Shown here: positions 29,510-41,936 of the stretch, piece after piece
Layout of the letters: every line of letters begins with the position of its first letter
Position numbering within the stretch: position 1 is the stretch's first letter
Program-made: the position numbers and the translations under genes
Notes under the pieces: generated by a model
Told to the model about the DNA's origin: nothing
The model's database searches: none
The model's input: only the letters and a program-made list of their open reading frames with translations
From: Candidatus Methylomirabilia bacterium
Lineage (GTDB): Bacteria > Methylomirabilota > Methylomirabilia > Rokubacteriales > CSP1-6
Assembly (NCBI GenBank): GCA_041497895.1
Contig: JBGQHJ010000008.1
Location: 1 to 62,096, forward strand
Length of the DNA stretch: 62,096 nucleotides
Direction of reading: 5' to 3'

Positions 29510-29911
29510 CTACGAGCTGGCGTTGAGCAGCACGCTCACCATCTGCCGGACGACCCGCAGCGGGAATGGCTTCTCGAGGATCGGATCGGTGGTGCCGCGG
29601 AGGAAGTCGGCGTGCTCCGCCGCGTTGCCGGTCATGAAGATCACGCGGGGCAGCTTGGTGGCGAACCGGACCGGGAAGTGATGGCGCGTCCGGAGCGTCT
29701 CGTAGAGGGACGGGCCGTCCGTGCGGGGCATCCGGAGATCGCTCAGCACGAGGTCGTAGGGCTGCTGGTCGAGCAGTGCGAGGGCCTCGGTCCCGTCGCA
29801 GGCTCCGTCCACGGTGTGCCCGTCGTTGGTCAGGGCCACGGTGAGGACTTCCCGGAGGGCATCGTCGTCGTCGACGACCAGGATACGGCGGACCACGGGC
29901 TCGCCAGTCAT
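29510..29911 (-). CDS. Single-domain response regulator
   Basis: ILVVDDD, LSDLRMP, FMTG, KPF. Confidence 0.92.
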   Translation of the reverse strand: MTGEPVVRRILVVDDDDALREVLTVALTNDGHTVDGACDGTEALALLDQQPYDLVLSDLRMPRTDGPSLYETLRTRHHFPVRFATKLPRVIFMTGNAAEHADFLRGTTDPILEKPFPLRVVRQMVSVLLNASS

Positions 29912-29923
29912 ACCCGACAAGTA

Positions 29924-29939
29924 TGCACCGCCAGTGCCA
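29924..29939 (-). promoter_or_regulatory. Sigma54 promoter
   Basis: Minus strand TGGCACTGGCGGTGCA (GG-N10-GC). Predicted +1 falls near ATG 29911. Confidence 0.55.
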
Positions 29940-30025
29940 GCCCATATTGATCGGCACGACGGTGCTTTACGGAGCAGGCGATCTTACCGGGTTACGTGGG
30001 GGAGCCCGGCGTCTGACAAGCCCTG

Positions 30026-30871
30026 TCAGCCCCGCGTGGGGGGCCCGGTCTCGACCGGCTGGAGCCGACTCTGGGTGAAGAGCAGGTCGCGGGCCAGCTG
30101 GGGCACGGGATAGGCGGGGAAGCCGGTGGCCGCGCGCACCCGGGCGAGCGCGCAGGCCTCGTCCTCGAAGAAGCGCTTGATTGCGCGGAGTGCCTCGTGG
30201 ATCTCGGCGCGCCGGGCCCGCGCACCAGCGTGATCGACCAGGCGCAGCGCGAGCGCCTCCAGCGCCGCGCGCGACTCGCCCCGCAGGAGGGCGGCCCAGG
30301 CGGTCGCGCTCCCCCCGGGGAGGCGGCGAAAGCCGCGCACGACGGAGTGGCGCGCGGCGCCGAGGCGCCGGCAGCGATGGCGCGGCACCGGGTGCCCCAC
30401 GTAGCGCAGCAGCTCCATCAGGCAGAAGAACGCCTCACGCGTGATGTCGCGGGAGCGGAAGGCGCCGTGGAAGTCCACCGCCGGGAAGGCCCCGGGCGAC
30501 GTGGTCAGGCAGAAGTAGGTCTCGTCGCCCTCGACGTGGAGACCGACGAACGGGTAGAGGAACGGGTACGCGCTCGCCACGTTGCGAGGCGGGCGCAGGG
30601 CCTGGATGAGCCTGATCTCCGCGAGTGCCGCGGCCAGCGGCGACTCGCTCACCTCCCACGTGATCCGGGCCGCGGCGCGCACCAGCGCCCGGCGCTTGCG
30701 CTCCTTCTTGCGCCGTCCGGCGAGGCGGTACTGGCCGAGGCGCCGGCGGAGGTTCGCCGCCTTCCCGATGTAGAGCAGGCCGCCCGCCGCGTCGTGGAAG
30801 CGGTAGACGCCGGGCGCGGCCGGGACCCCGGCCAGGAAGTCGGTGCCGAACGTCCGATCGAACGCGCGCAC
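30026..30871 (-). CDS. GIY-YIG nuclease (UvrC N-terminus-like) with unknown C-terminal domain
   Basis: PGVYRF...LLYIGKAANLRRRL...E.RLI....PPRN. Confidence 0.85.
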   Translation of the reverse strand: MRAFDRTFGTDFLAGVPAAPGVYRFHDAAGGLLYIGKAANLRRRLGQYRLAGRRKKERKRRALVRAAARITWEVSESPLAAALAEIRLIQALRPPRNVASAYPFLYPFVGLHVEGDETYFCLTTSPGAFPAVDFHGAFRSRDITREAFFCLMELLRYVGHPVPRHRCRRLGAARHSVVRGFRRLPGGSATAWAALLRGESRAALEALALRLVDHAGARARRAEIHEALRAIKRFFEDEACALARVRAATGFPAYPVPQLARDLLFTQSRLQPVETGPPTRG

Positions 30872-30933
30872 GCGCGCATCCTCTCAGGAGCGGGGTCCGG
30901 CCCGCGAGCTTTTTCGGGTACCATCGAGCCGCC

Positions 30934-31674
30934 ATGCCGGTCACGGTGCGCTTCGTGGGCTCGGGCGATTCCTTCGGCAGCGGCGGGCGCTTCCAGACCT
31001 GCATCGTGGTCGACGGCCCGCGCTCCCGCTTCGCCATCGACTTCGGCGCCTCGTCGCTGATCGCGCTCAGCCAGCAGGGCATCGAGCACAACTCGCTCGA
31101 CGCGATCCTGCTCACCCATCTCCACGGCGACCACTGCGGCGGCGTGCCCTTCCTGCTGATGGACGCGATGCTCGGGGCCCGGCGTACCCGCCCGCTCACC
31201 ATCGCGGGGCCGCGCGACCTGCGTCCGCGCCTGGACGCGCTCCGCGAGGCGCTCTTCCCCGGCTCCGGCGTGATGACGCCGAAGTTCCCGATCGAGTGGA
31301 TCGCGATGGAGCCGGGCCGGCCCCACCCGGTGCTGGACCTCGTGGTGACCCCCGAGCACGCCCGGCACACCCGCGAGACCAATCCCACCGCGCTGCGCGT
31401 GCAGGTGGGCGGGCGGGTGGTGACCTACACCGGCGACACCGAGTGGACCGACGACGTGGCCCGCGCCGCGCGCGAGGCCGATCTACTGATCGCGGAGTGC
31501 TACTTCCACGACAAGCCGGTGAAGTGGCACCTGAACTATCCCGACATCACCGCGCGGGCCACCCGCGTCGGGGCGAAGCGGGTGATCCTGACCCACATGG
31601 GCCCGGAGATGCTCGCGCACGCGGCCTCCGTGCCGGAGGAGTGCGCGTACGACGGACTGGTGCTGACCCTGTAG
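30934..31674 (+). CDS. MBL-fold metallo-hydrolase (RNase Z/BN-like)
   Basis: GSGDSFGSGGR, THLHGDHCGG, YTGDT, ILTH. Confidence 0.9.
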   Translation: MPVTVRFVGSGDSFGSGGRFQTCIVVDGPRSRFAIDFGASSLIALSQQGIEHNSLDAILLTHLHGDHCGGVPFLLMDAMLGARRTRPLTIAGPRDLRPRLDALREALFPGSGVMTPKFPIEWIAMEPGRPHPVLDLVVTPEHARHTRETNPTALRVQVGGRVVTYTGDTEWTDDVARAAREADLLIAECYFHDKPVKWHLNYPDITARATRVGAKRVILTHMGPEMLAHAASVPEECAYDGLVLTL

Positions 31675-31685
31675 GAGCCGCTAGG

Positions 31686-31907
31686 CTAGATCTCGCCGAA
31701 CCCGGGCCGCACCGTCGGCTTCGAGTGCTCGGCGGGGGCCGCCGAGTCGCGCTCGCCTTCGTCCACGCTAGGCCACGGACCGCTGCGCTCGGCGGCGGGC
31801 GTGGTGAGCCAAGCTCCCGCACGCTGTCCCGCGAGGTAGGCGATCGGGCTCAGGAACACCACCGTGAGGACCAGCACCGTGGCCAGGGCCATTCGTCTTG
31901 GGGTCAT
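31686..31907 (-). CDS. Small single-TM hypothetical protein
   Basis: SD AGGAGG, ATG 31907, one hydrophobic helix. Confidence 0.6.
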   Translation of the reverse strand: MTPRRMALATVLVLTVVFLSPIAYLAGQRAGAWLTTPAAERSGPWPSVDEGERDSAAPAEHSKPTVRPGFGEI

Positions 31908-31932
31908 CAACGCCTCCTGGAGGGGTGTCCAG

Positions 31933-31948
31933 AGCAAGGGCCATTCCA
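31933..31948 (-). promoter_or_regulatory. Sigma54 promoter with AT-rich upstream tract
   Basis: Minus strand TGGAATGGCCCTTGCT (GG-N10-GC). AT-rich tract at about 31950-31985 and repeated GGCAGGGATT boxes upstream. Confidence 0.6.
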
Positions 31949-32064
31949 GAAGAATAAGTCATGTTTTCAAGATAGTTACAGATGTGCAACTCGGGATACA
32001 GGCAGGGATTTACCCCTTGTTGGCAGGGATTCTCCCAGGCCGGACGGGCAGCTTCCCCGTCGGC

Positions 32065-32994
32065 CTATCGGCTCCTTGCGGACTCCTCGCGGGCGGCGCG
32101 GATCAGGGGCGGGTACGCGTAGGTCGGCAGCGAGCAGCCCGGGGCCAGGATGAACCGGGTCGCGCCACCCTGGGCGGTGGCGCGCCGGACCTGCTCGCGC
32201 ACGCGGGCCGTGGAGACCTCGACGAACCGCACGTGATCGAGCCCGGTCATCAGCGTGAACGGGGTGCGCTGCCGCGCCTCGGCGATCATCGGGCCGCCGT
32301 TGACGTCCGCCCAGGAGAGCGCGTGCACCGGGTAGTCCACGAGCCGGTCGAAGTAGAGGCGCTCGCCGTGGGCATGGAGCACGTGGCACTCGCCACGGCC
32401 GCGGATGGCCTCGAGGAAGGCCAGGTCGAAGGGCCGCATGAACCGCTCGTACTGCTCGGGGGTCAGGCTCTCCGCGGACGCCGGCACCGAGAGGAAGATG
32501 CCGGCCGCGCCGCGGGCCAGGCTCGCCTGCGCGTAGCGGATCAGGTTGTCGTTGACCACCCGGAGCGCGGCCTCGAGGGCCTTCGGCTGCTCGGCCATCA
32601 GCCCGGGCATCGCCTCCCGCACCAGGTTGCGCTTGAGGGTGTTCCAGGCGTTGAACACGGTGTCGACGAAGAGGGCCCGATCGCGGAGCGCGCGCGCGAC
32701 CAGCTCCACCGTCTGGAGCTGGGTGCCGAGCGGAGTCTTGACCGGGTCGAAGGGCTCGAGCCGGGCCAGGTCCGCGGTGGTCGCGACCACCTCCAGGCCG
32801 GCTGGCGCGGGGTAATCGTAGTCGTTCATCAGCTTGAGCAGGTCGAGGTCGTAGTGGTCGAAGAACTCGAGGTGCACCTGCGCGGCCCGCTCGGCCGGCG
32901 CATGCTGGGTGCCGAAGTGGTACCAGACGGTGAAGGGGGCCCGGTCTACCGGCTGCCCCGCTAGGGTCGCGCGCACCCGCTCGATCTTGTTCAT
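32065..32994 (-). CDS. Uroporphyrinogen decarboxylase (URO-D) superfamily protein
   Basis: ERV.ATL.GQPVDRAP, YERFMRPFD, VLHAHG, FILAPGCSL. Confidence 0.85.
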   Translation of the reverse strand: MNKIERVRATLAGQPVDRAPFTVWYHFGTQHAPAERAAQVHLEFFDHYDLDLLKLMNDYDYPAPAGLEVVATTADLARLEPFDPVKTPLGTQLQTVELVARALRDRALFVDTVFNAWNTLKRNLVREAMPGLMAEQPKALEAALRVVNDNLIRYAQASLARGAAGIFLSVPASAESLTPEQYERFMRPFDLAFLEAIRGRGECHVLHAHGERLYFDRLVDYPVHALSWADVNGGPMIAEARQRTPFTLMTGLDHVRFVEVSTARVREQVRRATAQGGATRFILAPGCSLPTYAYPPLIRAAREESARSR

Positions 32995-33005
32995 GGCCCG
33001 CCGGG

Positions 33006-34589
33006 TTAGCGGCCGCGGTCGCGGTCGATCAGGACGCGCCGCAGGATCTTGCCGGACGCCGACTTCGGGATCTGCTCGACGAACTCGAGGTGGCGGATGC
33101 GCTTGTGGGGCGCGACCCGCTGGGCCACCCAGGCCATGATCGAATCCCCGGTGGTGGCCTGCGCGGTCTCGTCGGGCTTCCGCACCACGTAGGCTTTCGG
33201 CACCTCGCCCGCTTCCTCGTCCGCCCGGCGCACCACCGCGGCGTCCAGGACGGCCGGGTGCGTGAGCAGCAGCGCCTCGAGCTCCGCGGGCGCCACCTGC
33301 AGGCCCTTGTACTTGATCAGCTCCTTGGTCCGGTCGACGATGAAGAAGTAGCCGTCCGAGTCGACGTAGCCCACGTCCCCGGTGTGGTACCAGCCGTCAC
33401 GGTCGAGGGACTCGGCGGTCTCCTCGGGACGATTGAGATAGCCCTTCATGATCTGCGGGCCGCGGATCCACAGCTCGCCCTCCTTGCCCACCGGCAGCTC
33501 CGCGGTCGAGCCCCCGCCCACCTCGACGATCTTCACCTCGGTGTTCGGCACGATGCAGCCGGCCGAGCCGGGCTTGAACGGCGCGTCGTGGGTCGGGCTC
33601 AGGTGGGTCACCGGGCTCGCCTCGGTCATGCCGTAGCCCTGGACCACCGGGCACCCGAGCTTGGCGCTGAGCGCGCGCGCCATCTCCTCGCCGAGCGGCG
33701 CCGCCCCCGAGAAGACGAGCCGCACGCTCGAGAGATCGAACTGGGCCACCGCGGGATGCTTCACCAGGCCGAGCACGATGGGCGGCACCAGGGGCAGGAT
33801 GGTGACGCGGTGCTTCTGGACCAGGGTCAGGAACTCGATCATGTCGAAGCGCGGCATGACCAGGATGGTTCCGCCCCCGGCCAGCCCCAGCATCATGATC
33901 ACGACCATGCCGTAGATGTGGAAGAACGGCAGCACCGCCATCGTGATATCGCGCTCGCCGAAGCACTCGAAGTTCTTCATGCCCTCGGCCTGGCAGAGGT
34001 TCGCCACCAGGTTGCGGTGCGTGAGCATCACGCCCTTGGGCAGGCCGGTGGTCCCGCTCGAGTAGGGGAGCGCCACCAGGTCCTGGGCCGGATCGATCGT
34101 GACCGCGGGCGGGGTGTCGCCGTCCTGGAGCAGATCGGTGAACGGCCGCGCCCCCTCCGCCGCGCCGAACACGAACACCTCCTCGACCCGGCTCTTGGCC
34201 GCCGCCTCCTTCGCCTTGTCGAGGAACGACGGCACCGTCACCAGGAAGCGCGCGCCGGAGTCGTTGAGCTGGTTGGCGAGCTCGTCGGCGGTGTAGAGCG
34301 GGTTCACGGTGGTGTTGATCCCGCCCGCCATCGCCACGCCGAGGAACACCACCGCGTACTCGGGCAGGTTGGGGCAGTAGATCGCGAAGACCTGTCCTTT
34401 GCCGAACCCACGCCGGGCCAGGCCGGCCGCGGTGCGACGGACCCCGTCGGCGAGCCGGCGGTAGGTGAGGGTGCGACCGGTGGGCCCGTCGACCAGGGCC
34501 GGCTTGTCGCCCTGACGGGCCGCGTGACGCAGCACGTAGTCGGTGATCGGTACGTTCGGAATGGTGACCGGGGAGCTCGTCGAGATCAT
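33006..34589 (-). CDS. 4-coumarate-CoA-ligase-like acyl-CoA synthetase
   Basis: LPYSSGTTGLPKGVMLTH, QGYGMTE, GELWIRG, HTGD, PKSASGKILR. Confidence 0.93.
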   Translation of the reverse strand: MISTSSPVTIPNVPITDYVLRHAARQGDKPALVDGPTGRTLTYRRLADGVRRTAAGLARRGFGKGQVFAIYCPNLPEYAVVFLGVAMAGGINTTVNPLYTADELANQLNDSGARFLVTVPSFLDKAKEAAAKSRVEEVFVFGAAEGARPFTDLLQDGDTPPAVTIDPAQDLVALPYSSGTTGLPKGVMLTHRNLVANLCQAEGMKNFECFGERDITMAVLPFFHIYGMVVIMMLGLAGGGTILVMPRFDMIEFLTLVQKHRVTILPLVPPIVLGLVKHPAVAQFDLSSVRLVFSGAAPLGEEMARALSAKLGCPVVQGYGMTEASPVTHLSPTHDAPFKPGSAGCIVPNTEVKIVEVGGGSTAELPVGKEGELWIRGPQIMKGYLNRPEETAESLDRDGWYHTGDVGYVDSDGYFFIVDRTKELIKYKGLQVAPAELEALLLTHPAVLDAAVVRRADEEAGEVPKAYVVRKPDETAQATTGDSIMAWVAQRVAPHKRIRHLEFVEQIPKSASGKILRRVLIDRDRGR

Positions 34590-34621
34590 GCCGAGGAGCC
34601 TAGCGGCCCGGCCGGTCCGGG

Positions 34622-36970
<2,349 letters not shown>

Positions 36971-36987
36971 CCGGCGCTCCCCTTCGT

Positions 36988-37893
36988 CTATCCGAGGGTC
37001 CGTTCGAAGAACTCGGCGACGCGGCGAATGCTGTCGGCCCAGGCCCGCGGGTCGCCGCCCGTGGTGGCCCCCCGTCCGCCGGGGGCGTTCATGTTAACGC
37101 GAGTGGCCACGAAGCGCACTGGCCGGTCGCTGTCGAACGAGTGATGCGCCCCCGGGTAGACCACGAGCTCCACCGGATGCGGAGTGGCCTCGGAGGAGCG
37201 GGCGAGCACCACGCACGGCGCCGCCGGGGTCCAGTCGTCCTTCTCGCCGATCAGGATCAGGAGCGGGGCCACCGCCCGGTAGGTCCCGGTATCGGCGTGC
37301 CAGCTCCCGAGCGTGGCCCGGCAGCCCGGGTAGAGCGCCACCGCGCCCGCGAAGCCGGCGCGCTTGTCGCGGGCGAGCGCCTCCCCCTCGGTCTCCGGCG
37401 CGGCCATGGCGGCGAGGGTGGTCGAGCCACCGTGGGAGCCGCCCATCACGCCCACGCGCCGGCCGTCCACGAACGGCAGCGCGCGGGCATGGGCGAGCGC
37501 CGCGTAGGCGTCGACGACCCGGCGAGCGGGGCCGACCTGCCCGCGGCTTCGGGAAGCGTCGGTGCAGACGCCGTCGGGGAAGCCGCGCGTGGTGAAGCTG
37601 TCGGGGATCACCACCACGTAGCCGCGCGCGACCAGCTCCCGGCTCCAGCGCTCGGGAGCGCCGCTCGAGCGCGGGCCGAGCCCGCTGCAGTCGTGCAGGA
37701 TCACCACCGCCGGGAAGGGGCCCGGGCCGTGGGGCCGGGCGACGGTGACCGGGATCCGCTCGGACGCGCCGTTGGGCGCGGTGGTCGCCATGGAGCCCTC
37801 CGGGGAGATCCCGGCGTGGGCGGCGAGCCCGACGGCCAGGACCGAGGCCACGAGGATCGCGCCGAGCAACCGTCGCACGGGGAGGCCGGCCAT
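36988..37893 (-). CDS. Exported dienelactone-hydrolase-family alpha/beta hydrolase
   Basis: HDCSG, GGSHGG nucleophile elbow, GEKDDW, YPGAHHSFD. Confidence 0.9.
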   Translation of the reverse strand: MAGLPVRRLLGAILVASVLAVGLAAHAGISPEGSMATTAPNGASERIPVTVARPHGPGPFPAVVILHDCSGLGPRSSGAPERWSRELVARGYVVVIPDSFTTRGFPDGVCTDASRSRGQVGPARRVVDAYAALAHARALPFVDGRRVGVMGGSHGGSTTLAAMAAPETEGEALARDKRAGFAGAVALYPGCRATLGSWHADTGTYRAVAPLLILIGEKDDWTPAAPCVVLARSSEATPHPVELVVYPGAHHSFDSDRPVRFVATRVNMNAPGGRGATTGGDPRAWADSIRRVAEFFERTLG

Positions 37894-37958
37894 GATGGGG
37901 AGATTCTATGCCAGGCCGGCCTTGCGCATCCGGCGGGCCGTCGGCTAGCCTTGGGGCC

Positions 37959-39029
37959 ATGACTCGCACCCTCGACGATCGACCCATCCAGGGCCCCATG
38001 GTCTGGCACGGCCAGGAGCTGGCCCGCTCGAGCGACTGGATTCGACGGCTGTCCCCCGCCGCGGTGGACGAGATCGACGCCGCGTTGCGGGAGGTGGAGC
38101 GGCGGGGCCTCGCGTGGCCGGACATCCGCAAGGCGGACTTCCCGCTGCCGGGCGTGTCGGCCGAGCTGGCCCAGGTCAACCGGGATCTCGAGTGGGGCCG
38201 CGGGCTCGTGCTGCTGCGCGGCCTGCCGGTGGAGCGCTACTCCGACGAGCAGCTGCGCACGATCTGGTGGAGCCTCGGCCGCCACCTGGGCACCGCGGTC
38301 CACCAGAACGCCCACGGTGAGCTCATCGGCCTGGTCCGCGACGAGGTGCGGCTCTACGGCGAGGTGATCCAGCCCGCGGTGCCGAAGGACGAGCGCGTCA
38401 CCTCGCGCGCCAAGGCCCGCTCGAGCGGCCCGCTGCGCTGGCACACCGATCGCTGCGACGTGGTCGGCCTGCTCTGCGTGCGCTCCGCCCGCCGCGGGGG
38501 CACGAGCCGCGTGGTGAGCGTGCCGGCGGTGAGCAACGCGATCCTCGCGCGCCGGCCCGATCTGCACGCGCTGCTCTGCTCCGACTACTTCCGCAGCCGC
38601 GAGGGCGAGGAGGCGGGCGGCGAGGCCTCCTGCTACGCGATGCCGATCTTCGCCATGCACGAGGGCAAGTTCACGACGCAGTACTCGCGCACGTTCGTGG
38701 AGGCGGCGCAGAAGATCGCCGCGATTCCGCGCCTCACCCCCGCGCAGGACGAGGCCCTCGATGTCCTGGCCCAGGTCTGCGACGAGTTCGCCTACGAGAT
38801 GGAGCTCGGGCCCGGCGACATCCAGCTCCTGAACAACCACGTCGTCTACCACGGCCGCACCGCCTACGAGGACGCGGCCGAGCCGGGCCGCGACCGGCTG
38901 CTCATGCGTCTCTGGCTGGCCCCGCCCAACAGTCGCCCGCTGCCCGAGGGCTTCGAGGTCCTCTGGGGCAGCGTCAGGGGCGGGGCGGTCCGGGGCGGCA
39001 TCGCCCAGTCGGCATCCGTCCCCGCCTGA
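37959..39029 (+). CDS. TauD/TfdA Fe(II)/2-oxoglutarate dioxygenase
   Basis: WHTD, LNNHVVYHGRT, RLLMRLW. Confidence 0.92.
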   Translation: MTRTLDDRPIQGPMVWHGQELARSSDWIRRLSPAAVDEIDAALREVERRGLAWPDIRKADFPLPGVSAELAQVNRDLEWGRGLVLLRGLPVERYSDEQLRTIWWSLGRHLGTAVHQNAHGELIGLVRDEVRLYGEVIQPAVPKDERVTSRAKARSSGPLRWHTDRCDVVGLLCVRSARRGGTSRVVSVPAVSNAILARRPDLHALLCSDYFRSREGEEAGGEASCYAMPIFAMHEGKFTTQYSRTFVEAAQKIAAIPRLTPAQDEALDVLAQVCDEFAYEMELGPGDIQLLNNHVVYHGRTAYEDAAEPGRDRLLMRLWLAPPNSRPLPEGFEVLWGSVRGGAVRGGIAQSASVPA

Positions 39030-39039
39030 CGCGTCGGTC

Positions 39040-40602
39040 ATGAGCGCGGCCCCGCCCGGCAACAGCACGACCCTCGTGCGCGGGCGGTACGTGGTCACCG
39101 GGGTCGAGCGGGGCCGCGCCTCGGTGATCGAGGACGGCGCGCTGCTCCAGCGCGACGGGGTCATCGTCGAGGTGGGCCCGGCCGCCGAGCTGGCCCGCCG
39201 CCACCCCACCGCGCCGACCCTGGGCTCGCCCGATCACGTCGTCCTGCCCGGCTTCGTCAACAGCCATCACCACGTCGGGCTGACCCCGTTCCAGCTCGGC
39301 TCGCCCGACCTGCCGCTCGAGCTGTGGTTCGCGAGTCGCCTGGCCGGCCGCGACGTCGATCCCTATCTCGACACGCTCTACTCCGCGTTCGACATGCTCT
39401 CCTCGGGCATCACCACGGTGCAGCACCTCCACGGCTGGCGCGGCGCGCCCGCCTCGCGGGTCGCTTCCGTCGCCGAGCGCATCCTCGAGGCGTACGACGG
39501 CGTCGGCATGCGGGTGTCCTACTCCTACGCCCTGCGCGACCAGAACCGCCTGGTCTACGAGGCCGACGAGGACTTCTGCCGCCGACTACCGGCCGCGCTG
39601 GGGGCGGAGCTCCGCGAGTACCTGGGCGCCCAGTCCATCCCGCTGCCCGATCACCTGGGGCTCTTCGTGGACCTCTGGGAGCGGGTCGGGCGCAACGCGG
39701 GCGAGCGGGCCCGGGTGCAGCTCGCCCCCGCCAACCTGCACTGGTGCTCGGACGAGGCGCTCCGGTCGCTGCGCGACTACTCCGAGAAGTACGACGTCGG
39801 CCTGCACATGCATCTCGTGGAGACGGCCTACCAGAAGGAGTACGCGCGCCGCCGCGCCGGCACCACCGCGCTCCGTCATCTCCAGGACCTCGGGCTGCTG
39901 GGCCCGCGCATGACCCTCGGCCACGGGGTGTGGCTCACCGAGGACGACATCGAGCTCGCCGCCCGGACCGGCACCATGATCTGCCACAACGCGAGCTCGA
40001 ACCTGAGGCTGCGGAGCGGGGTGGCGCCGCTGAACCGGTTCCAGGCGCGCGGGGTCCGGGTCGGCCTGGGGCTCGACGAGGCGGGCATCAACGACGACCG
40101 CGACATGTTCCAGGAGATGCGGCTCGTGCTCCGGCTGCACCGCGTGCCCGGCATGGACGACGGGGTGCCCACCGCGGCCCAGGTCCTCGAGATGGCGACC
40201 GCGGGCGGCGCCGCCACCACCGGATTCGGCGACCGGATCGGGAGCCTCGCGCCCGGCAAGGCGGCTGACCTCGTGCTGCTGCCGTGGCGGAGCCTCGCCG
40301 CGCCGTACCTCGATCCGGCCACCGCGCCGGTGGACGCGATCGTGCACCGGGCGCGGGCCGCCGCGGTGGACACCGTGATGGTGGCGGGAGAGGTGGTGCT
40401 GCGCGACGGACGCTTCACCCGGATAGATCGGGACGCCGCGCTCGAGGAGCTGGCCGCCGCGCTCCGCGCGCCGCTCGGCCCGGAGGAGCAGCGCCGCCGC
40501 CGGCTCTCCCGCGAGATCCTCCCGCACGTGCGGCGCTTCTACGACGGCTGGCTCGACGGGGCGCCGCGCGACCCCTTCTACGCCCCCAGCGCGCGGCGCT
40601 AG
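39040..40602 (+). CDS. Amidohydrolase (AtzA/guanine-deaminase-like)
   Basis: PGFVNSHHH, HMHLVE, GHGVW, GLGLDE, GSLAPGKAADL. Confidence 0.92.
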   Translation: MSAAPPGNSTTLVRGRYVVTGVERGRASVIEDGALLQRDGVIVEVGPAAELARRHPTAPTLGSPDHVVLPGFVNSHHHVGLTPFQLGSPDLPLELWFASRLAGRDVDPYLDTLYSAFDMLSSGITTVQHLHGWRGAPASRVASVAERILEAYDGVGMRVSYSYALRDQNRLVYEADEDFCRRLPAALGAELREYLGAQSIPLPDHLGLFVDLWERVGRNAGERARVQLAPANLHWCSDEALRSLRDYSEKYDVGLHMHLVETAYQKEYARRRAGTTALRHLQDLGLLGPRMTLGHGVWLTEDDIELAARTGTMICHNASSNLRLRSGVAPLNRFQARGVRVGLGLDEAGINDDRDMFQEMRLVLRLHRVPGMDDGVPTAAQVLEMATAGGAATTGFGDRIGSLAPGKAADLVLLPWRSLAAPYLDPATAPVDAIVHRARAAAVDTVMVAGEVVLRDGRFTRIDRDAALEELAAALRAPLGPEEQRRRRLSREILPHVRRFYDGWLDGAPRDPFYAPSARR

Positions 40603-41747
40603 CGCTCGGGCCAGACCCGCCGGGCGATCTCGCCCACCCGCCGGAGCTTCGCGGCCTGCTGCTCCGCGGTGAGCGGGTTGCCGGCCTCGCCGGAGGCGAA
40701 CCCGCACTGCGGGCTCACCGCCAGGCGCTCGAGCGGGACCACGCGCGCCGCCTCGCGGATGCGCGCCTCGACCGCCTCCGCCTCCTCGAGGGCGCCCTGC
40801 TTGGTGGTCAGGAGCCCGAGCACCACCGTCGCCTCCGGCCGCACGTGGCGCAGCGGGCCGAAGTCGCCCGCGCGCGGAGTGTCGTACTCGAGCAGCAGAC
40901 GGTCGTAGCGGGTGAGCCGCGGGAACACGCGGTCGGCGATGCGCTCGTAGCCCCCGTTGGCGAGCCAGCGGCCCCCGGGGGCATTGCCCCGGCAGATGTG
41001 GATGGCGCGGGTGACCCCGCGCGCCCCCTCGAACACGGTGTCGTCGATCTCGGCGTCGGCGACCAGCTCCGCGGCCATGTCGTGCCCCCAGGCCTCGAAG
41101 GCGGCGCGGTTGTCGCCGTCCACGTGCCACTGGGCGTAGTTGGGCGCGTCCATCTGGATGTAGTCGCCCCCCAGCGCGATGATCCGCGGCACCACCTGCT
41201 CCCGCAGGTACCCGGCGATCGCGCGCAGGAAGTCCTCCGGGGTCGGGTAGGCCGCGCGCGAGTACTCGGGGTGCCAGAAGATGCGGTGCCAGCTCGGGGA
41301 GGGGATCGTGAACTTGGTCCGCGCGCGGGCGTTGGCCTTGAGGAAGGCGTACTCGTCGCCGACCACGTCGCGGGCGACCTGGATCGGCCGGGTGATGAAG
41401 GGGCGCGTGGGGTTCGTCCACACCTGGGCCGGCCGTCCGTCCGGCTCCTTCCACAGCGACCACCAGCCCGGGTCGGCGGGGAGGAACTCGAAGCCCCCGA
41501 GCGGCGCGCGGCCGGCCGCGTCCTCCCGCAGGGGGATCGTGATGACCCAGGACGAGCGCCGCAGCTCGCCGTCGGTGATCACGTCGAGCCCCGCCTCCTC
41601 CTGGAGCGCGATCGCCTCGCGGACCGCGCGATCCTCGGTCGCGCGCAGGGCCTCGGGCGTCACCCGGCCCTCGCGGAGGCCCTGCCGGGCCAGGCGCAGC
41701 GCCTCGGGCCGGAGCAGGCTGCCCACCACGTCGGATCGGGGTGTCAT
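40599..41747 (-). CDS. Cobalamin-independent methionine synthase II (MetE C-terminal-like) family
   Basis: DVVGSLLRP, TDGELRR, HICRGN, LEYD, SPQCGFAS. Confidence 0.9.
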   Translation of the reverse strand: MTPRSDVVGSLLRPEALRLARQGLREGRVTPEALRATEDRAVREAIALQEEAGLDVITDGELRRSSWVITIPLREDAAGRAPLGGFEFLPADPGWWSLWKEPDGRPAQVWTNPTRPFITRPIQVARDVVGDEYAFLKANARARTKFTIPSPSWHRIFWHPEYSRAAYPTPEDFLRAIAGYLREQVVPRIIALGGDYIQMDAPNYAQWHVDGDNRAAFEAWGHDMAAELVADAEIDDTVFEGARGVTRAIHICRGNAPGGRWLANGGYERIADRVFPRLTRYDRLLLEYDTPRAGDFGPLRHVRPEATVVLGLLTTKQGALEEAEAVEARIREAARVVPLERLAVSPQCGFASGEAGNPLTAEQQAAKLRRVGEIARRVWPER

Positions 41748-41936
41748 CGCGGGGCGACTCGAGGGCCCCATCATGCCACACGGGGCGCTTACTTTTGCAG
41801 GCGGAGCCGTTGTACCATGTGGGCACTCGGGTGGTGTGGCCATCCCCCCGCCGCCGCCCCCTCTACCGCTGGTTGACGGGCGTGGCGATTGTCCTCTAAC
41901 TGCACCGAAAGGGTTCATGCGCCATGAGCGTGTCCG

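Noticed and set aside
41750..41936. tRNA, riboswitch or a frameshifted Rho N-domain in the intergenic gap
   Set aside because: No cloverleaf or recognisable aptamer, and the gap is too short, with no OB-fold-like translation seen.
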